Below, in pieces: positions 61,901-64,000 of a stretch of 64,000 nucleotides of DNA. The translations under genes and the position numbers were made by a program. How positions within the stretch are numbered: position 1 is the first letter of the stretch; each line of letters starts with the position of its first letter. This stretch comes from Macrostomum lignano. Lineage: Eukaryota. Below the pieces are notes generated by a model. It was not told the origin of the DNA. It was given only the letters and a program-made list of their open reading frames with translations, and did not search any database. Where the stretch lies: the NCBI GenBank assembly GCA_002269645.1, contig NIVC01000494.1, positions 506,128 to 570,127 on the forward strand. The letters run 5' to 3'.

Positions 61901-63794
61901 AAGGCTGCGTACGGCTGTTCAGTCTAAGGACTGGGGGGTCGCCACACACCCTCAATTACCCCAGTTAATGCTGGCGCCCATTTTACAGCCGGGTGAACTG
62001 AAGCAATGCAGAGTTAAGTGTCTTGCTCAAGGACACAGATCGCTCCGAGTTGGTCGAGAATCGAACTCCCGACCTTTCAATCGTGAGATTGAAGCTCTAA
62101 CCACTACTAGCTAGGACCCGACAGATTTTAGTGTCTAATCGTAATTCAGAGTCCATTGTAAGGTTAGACCGAATTTGTCGATGGCAAAACGAGCTTAGCG
62201 CTGTGCGTTCTCTGGAGCATACACAAATGTATGCACTAGCAATTGGAAAAACATACGTTCTAAGAAAATTGATTGATTGAGTATATAGAATTGGATACTA
62301 GTTCCATTGTCAGATGAAATTCAAAGTTTAGTTCAGATCTTGGTGTAAAGTTTAACAATGAAGCCTACCTGTCTATAGGTATAAGCTACAGGTATATACC
62401 TACCTGTACGCTCCAACGAGGTCCACGCAATGGTTTAAAAGTGCAACATTAAAACTCGGCGTCCTTCTCCCAACCCACCTTGCAGTAGGCCCCGTCGGGG
62501 CAATTAACATCGAGGCATTTCTTGCGCCTCCTTTGGCGCAGGTGGTTGGCTGGCTGCCAGCAACAGGCCAGTAGCCGGACTTGCACTCGCACACGTATCC
62601 GCCATCGGTGTCGAGGCACTCGGCATTGTCGCCGCACAGGTATTGATCTCTGGCGCACTGTTCAATACTGGCGCAGACTCGTGTCCGCCGGTTACCCGCT
62701 CTTCGTAGCCGAAGTTGCAAGCGCACAGGTGACTGCCCGGGGTGTTCTTGCACACGGAGTTGCTCAGCGAGGAGCAGGTCTCGGGCCGTTCGCATTCGTC
62801 AATGTCTGAGGAGTTAAGCGTTAGGATAATGAGAAAAATTTGACTTTTATCCAGGTAAAATACGCATGTATATGTTTAGAATAGTTTCGAATATGTTTAT
62901 GTAAGTGCGCAATCTACTTGTAATAATGTAATCGATTATTGTATTTGAGGCATGGCGCACTTTAAGCGACATTGTCACATAAGCGCGCGGATACGTTACG
63001 CAGTCATACGCACAGGCACACACTCACACAGGAGTGTACAGCGGTCTTAACTTTATTTATCGTTAGGGATGGGGTTTAGTCCTTAAGGGTGTTAATTGCA
63101 CGAGCAGAGCCAAGCCGAGATTCCAAACTCAGCCCCAAAATTAATGTGACTGCACGTGGAATCGAGCCTGGGCCGCTGGCTGGCCGCGCGCTAGATCACT
63201 GAGCTACGGCCACAAAATACTAGAATACAAAAATTTAGTGTGTGCAGCACATACAGAGTGTACAGTATGAATGAGAATTCAGCAGTAATATAACTGTAAA
63301 GCAATGATGGTATACGTAAATAGAACCAAATGGGGTTGCTGATTTTTTATGCTTTTCATGCTTTGAACATCAGTTTCATTAAGAAACAACGTGTTGCTTA
63401 TTCAGAGTTGAATTCTTTCTTTGTTCCCCCCCCAAAGGGGGGCGCAGATGGCTAGTCACGCTACTATTCTTTTCGTAAAACGATTTCCAATCCCTGATGA
63501 ACAAGCTTGAGATTCAACGAAGCCCTAACCAATCAGAAACGAGTTTTACAATAATGCACATGCGCCGTTACGAGTGATGGAGCTACAGTCATAAAATATT
63601 CGTGGAGCTGTCTGATAGTCCACAGCATTTATTAAACGACGCAAGCTTTTTTAGAATGCACTTACCAACGCAGGCGTCAGCCCGCAGCTCGTAGCCGCTG
63701 CGGCAGTCGCCACCTGTACTTGCCCTGCGGCAGTTCCGTGCAAATGCCATTGACGCAAACGTTCGTCGCATGCACGGCGTGATCAGATTGGTGT
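45878..63794 (-). CDS. 3' part (18 exons, ~2,075 aa) of a giant secreted fibrillin-like protein: ~39 EGF/cbEGF + 2 follistatin/Kazal + TSP1 + follistatin/Kazal + C-terminal cystine knot; 5' end outside the window
   Basis: Exons: 63794-63666, 62805-62479, 61632-61355, 61053-60276, 59838-59086, 57104-56985, 56882-56684, 55990-55684, 55055-54586, 53352-52994, 52594-52466, 52088-51585, 50883-50703, 50419-49976, 49287-48920, 48318-48088, 47530-46935, 45934-45878 (stop TGA). All GT-AG. Phases fit from 59838 downward; five single-base indels interrupt the exons above 60.4 kb. D(I/V)(D/N)EC...CxNxxGx(Y/F)xCxC repeats; [17 protein letters not shown]1; RCDGGC...TCC...SCSC knot. Confidence 0.9.
46473..46762 (-). 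mobile_element. SINE family A, full-length with a small internal deletion
   Basis: Homologous to the other family A copies; A/B-box head at 46700-46762. Confidence 0.88.
47630..47890. repeat. 82-bp tandem repeat, ~3 copies
   Basis: gttgctagggcggtttctacgctaatggggtaatttgtgcgtagctaatggtgaaatttctgg recurs at 47715 and 47797. Confidence 0.9.
48405..48770. repeat. 16-bp minisatellite (aacctcacctgtactt; sense strand AAGTACAGGTGAGGTT)
   Basis: About 22 units; the same family recurs at 51100-51220 and 51450-51570. Confidence 0.93.
49470..49860 (+). mobile_element. 3' fragment of an I/LOA/R1-type non-LTR retrotransposon (zinc-knuckle region), antisense in an intron
   Basis: [57 protein letters not shown]: Cx2Cx8Hx4C knuckle preceded by the TGH-like motif; one frameshift ~49663. 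Confidence 0.75.
51100..51570. repeat. Two patches of the 16-bp aacctcacctgtactc repeat (51100-51220; degenerate 51450-51570)
   Basis: Same unit as 48405-48770. Confidence 0.8.
52145..52400. repeat. 51-bp minisatellite (agggttcgaggatgtgctcagtgctcattgggatcccctagagcggtcagc), ~4.5 units
   Basis: Direct periodicity; fills most of a 377-nt intron. Confidence 0.93.
52625..52978. repeat. (GACA)n microsatellite filling a 399-nt intron
   Basis: Direct observation. Confidence 0.97.
53395..54480. repeat. ~32-bp minisatellite (tctcacaatctcattactcacacctcactaaa)
   Basis: About 34 units with 28/30/32-nt variants; almost no G on the + strand. Confidence 0.95.
55150..55600. repeat. 21-bp minisatellite (atctcatctcaactcatctag) with degenerate flanks
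   Basis: Direct periodicity. Confidence 0.88.
56080..56620. repeat. 17-bp C/T-rich repeat (ccctaatctactctctc) within a ~210-bp tandem duplication
   Basis: Block ctactgtctctcactcctctacaactcactctccc... occurs at ~56067 and ~56298. Confidence 0.88.
57190..58910. repeat. 41-bp minisatellite (gaagtactcaagcctggtgaaggactaacgtgtgacattat), ~42 units
   Basis: Two alternating subtypes (82-bp higher-order unit) at 57190-57700, then a homogeneous subtype. Confidence 0.96.
61135..61295. repeat. 21-bp minisatellite (agacaaacctactgattctgt), ~7 units
   Basis: Direct periodicity. Confidence 0.92.
61828..62119 (-). mobile_element. SINE family A, full-length
   Basis: Homologous body; head contains gagttcgattc B-box variant. 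Confidence 0.88.
62950..63211 (-). mobile_element. tRNA-derived SINE family B, near full-length
   Basis: Reverse complement starts ggccgtagctcagtgatctag (A box) ... ggctcgattcc (B box); body colinear with 6545-6775. Confidence 0.82.
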
Positions 63795-64000
63795 CTGGTT
63801 GGGGAGATGCGGACAATTCGGGATTATATAGTTGCACGAGCAGATCCAAGTAAATTAAACACAAATGAAAAAGTCAACTTCCTATGTTCTGTAAAAATTT
63901 AAGTGAAGCTCGAAAATTTAAAAATCAAATCTAAAATCAAACGATTAGAAATTCTCCTGAATTTAAAACATAGAGAGATGGGGAATTCTCCCTTTAAACT

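Noticed and set aside
46908-62809. Numerous + strand and alternate-frame ORFs over the EGF exons
   Set aside because: Shadow ORFs of GC-rich, Cys-codon-rich exons; the minus-strand spliced frame explains them all.
63425-63442. C-run/AAA/G-run hairpin as a terminator
   Set aside because: Isolated low-complexity inverted run in an intron; no supporting context.
1-64000. Bacterial contamination or horizontally transferred prokaryotic genes
   Set aside because: All genes are metazoan-type and spliced (or carry a signal peptide and poly(A) signal); no prokaryotic operon or Shine-Dalgarno structure.

Overview
Eukaryotic (animal) genomic DNA with GT-AG introns, GC-rich exons and very abundant tandem repeats. 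The composition (minisatellite-filled introns, (GACA)n arrays, tRNA-derived SINEs) suggests a Macrostomum-type flatworm; this is inference and was not checked. I reconstructed six protein-coding genes by hand with phase-consistent splice sites: TEX2 (-, 5 exons), NDUFA6 (-, 2 exons), a secreted C-type lectin + PAN-like protein (+, 1 coding exon), a melatonin-receptor-like class A GPCR (-, 4 exons), a two-EF-hand protein with an unrecognised C-terminal domain (+, 5 exons plus a probable 12-nt microexon), and the 3' 18 exons (~2,075 aa) of a giant extracellular protein (-; ~39 EGF/cbEGF modules, 3 follistatin/Kazal modules, TSP1, C-terminal cystine knot) that continues beyond 64000. Mobile DNA: two tRNA-SINE families, an LTR with a tRNA-Leu PBS, an internally deleted Gypsy (Mag-like) element, a decayed RTE-like LINE interrupted by a CCC...GGG EnSpm/CMC-type element, an 8-bp-TSD MITE and an I/LOA/R1-type LINE fragment. 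A 7.1-kb hairpin-unit satellite lies between two convergent genes. No CRISPR, rRNA or bona fide tRNA genes. Best leads: the unusual EGF-follistatin-TSP1-cystine-knot protein; sharply bounded CpG deserts enriched in (TA)GGCCTA inside transposon bodies; intronic arrays built from 5' splice-site-like units; splice acceptors just upstream of every visible ATG (possible SL trans-splicing and an NDUFA6-TEX2 operon); and repeated antisense SINE-in-SINE nesting. Repeat boundaries are approximate (+/- ~20 nt) and all counts were made by eye.
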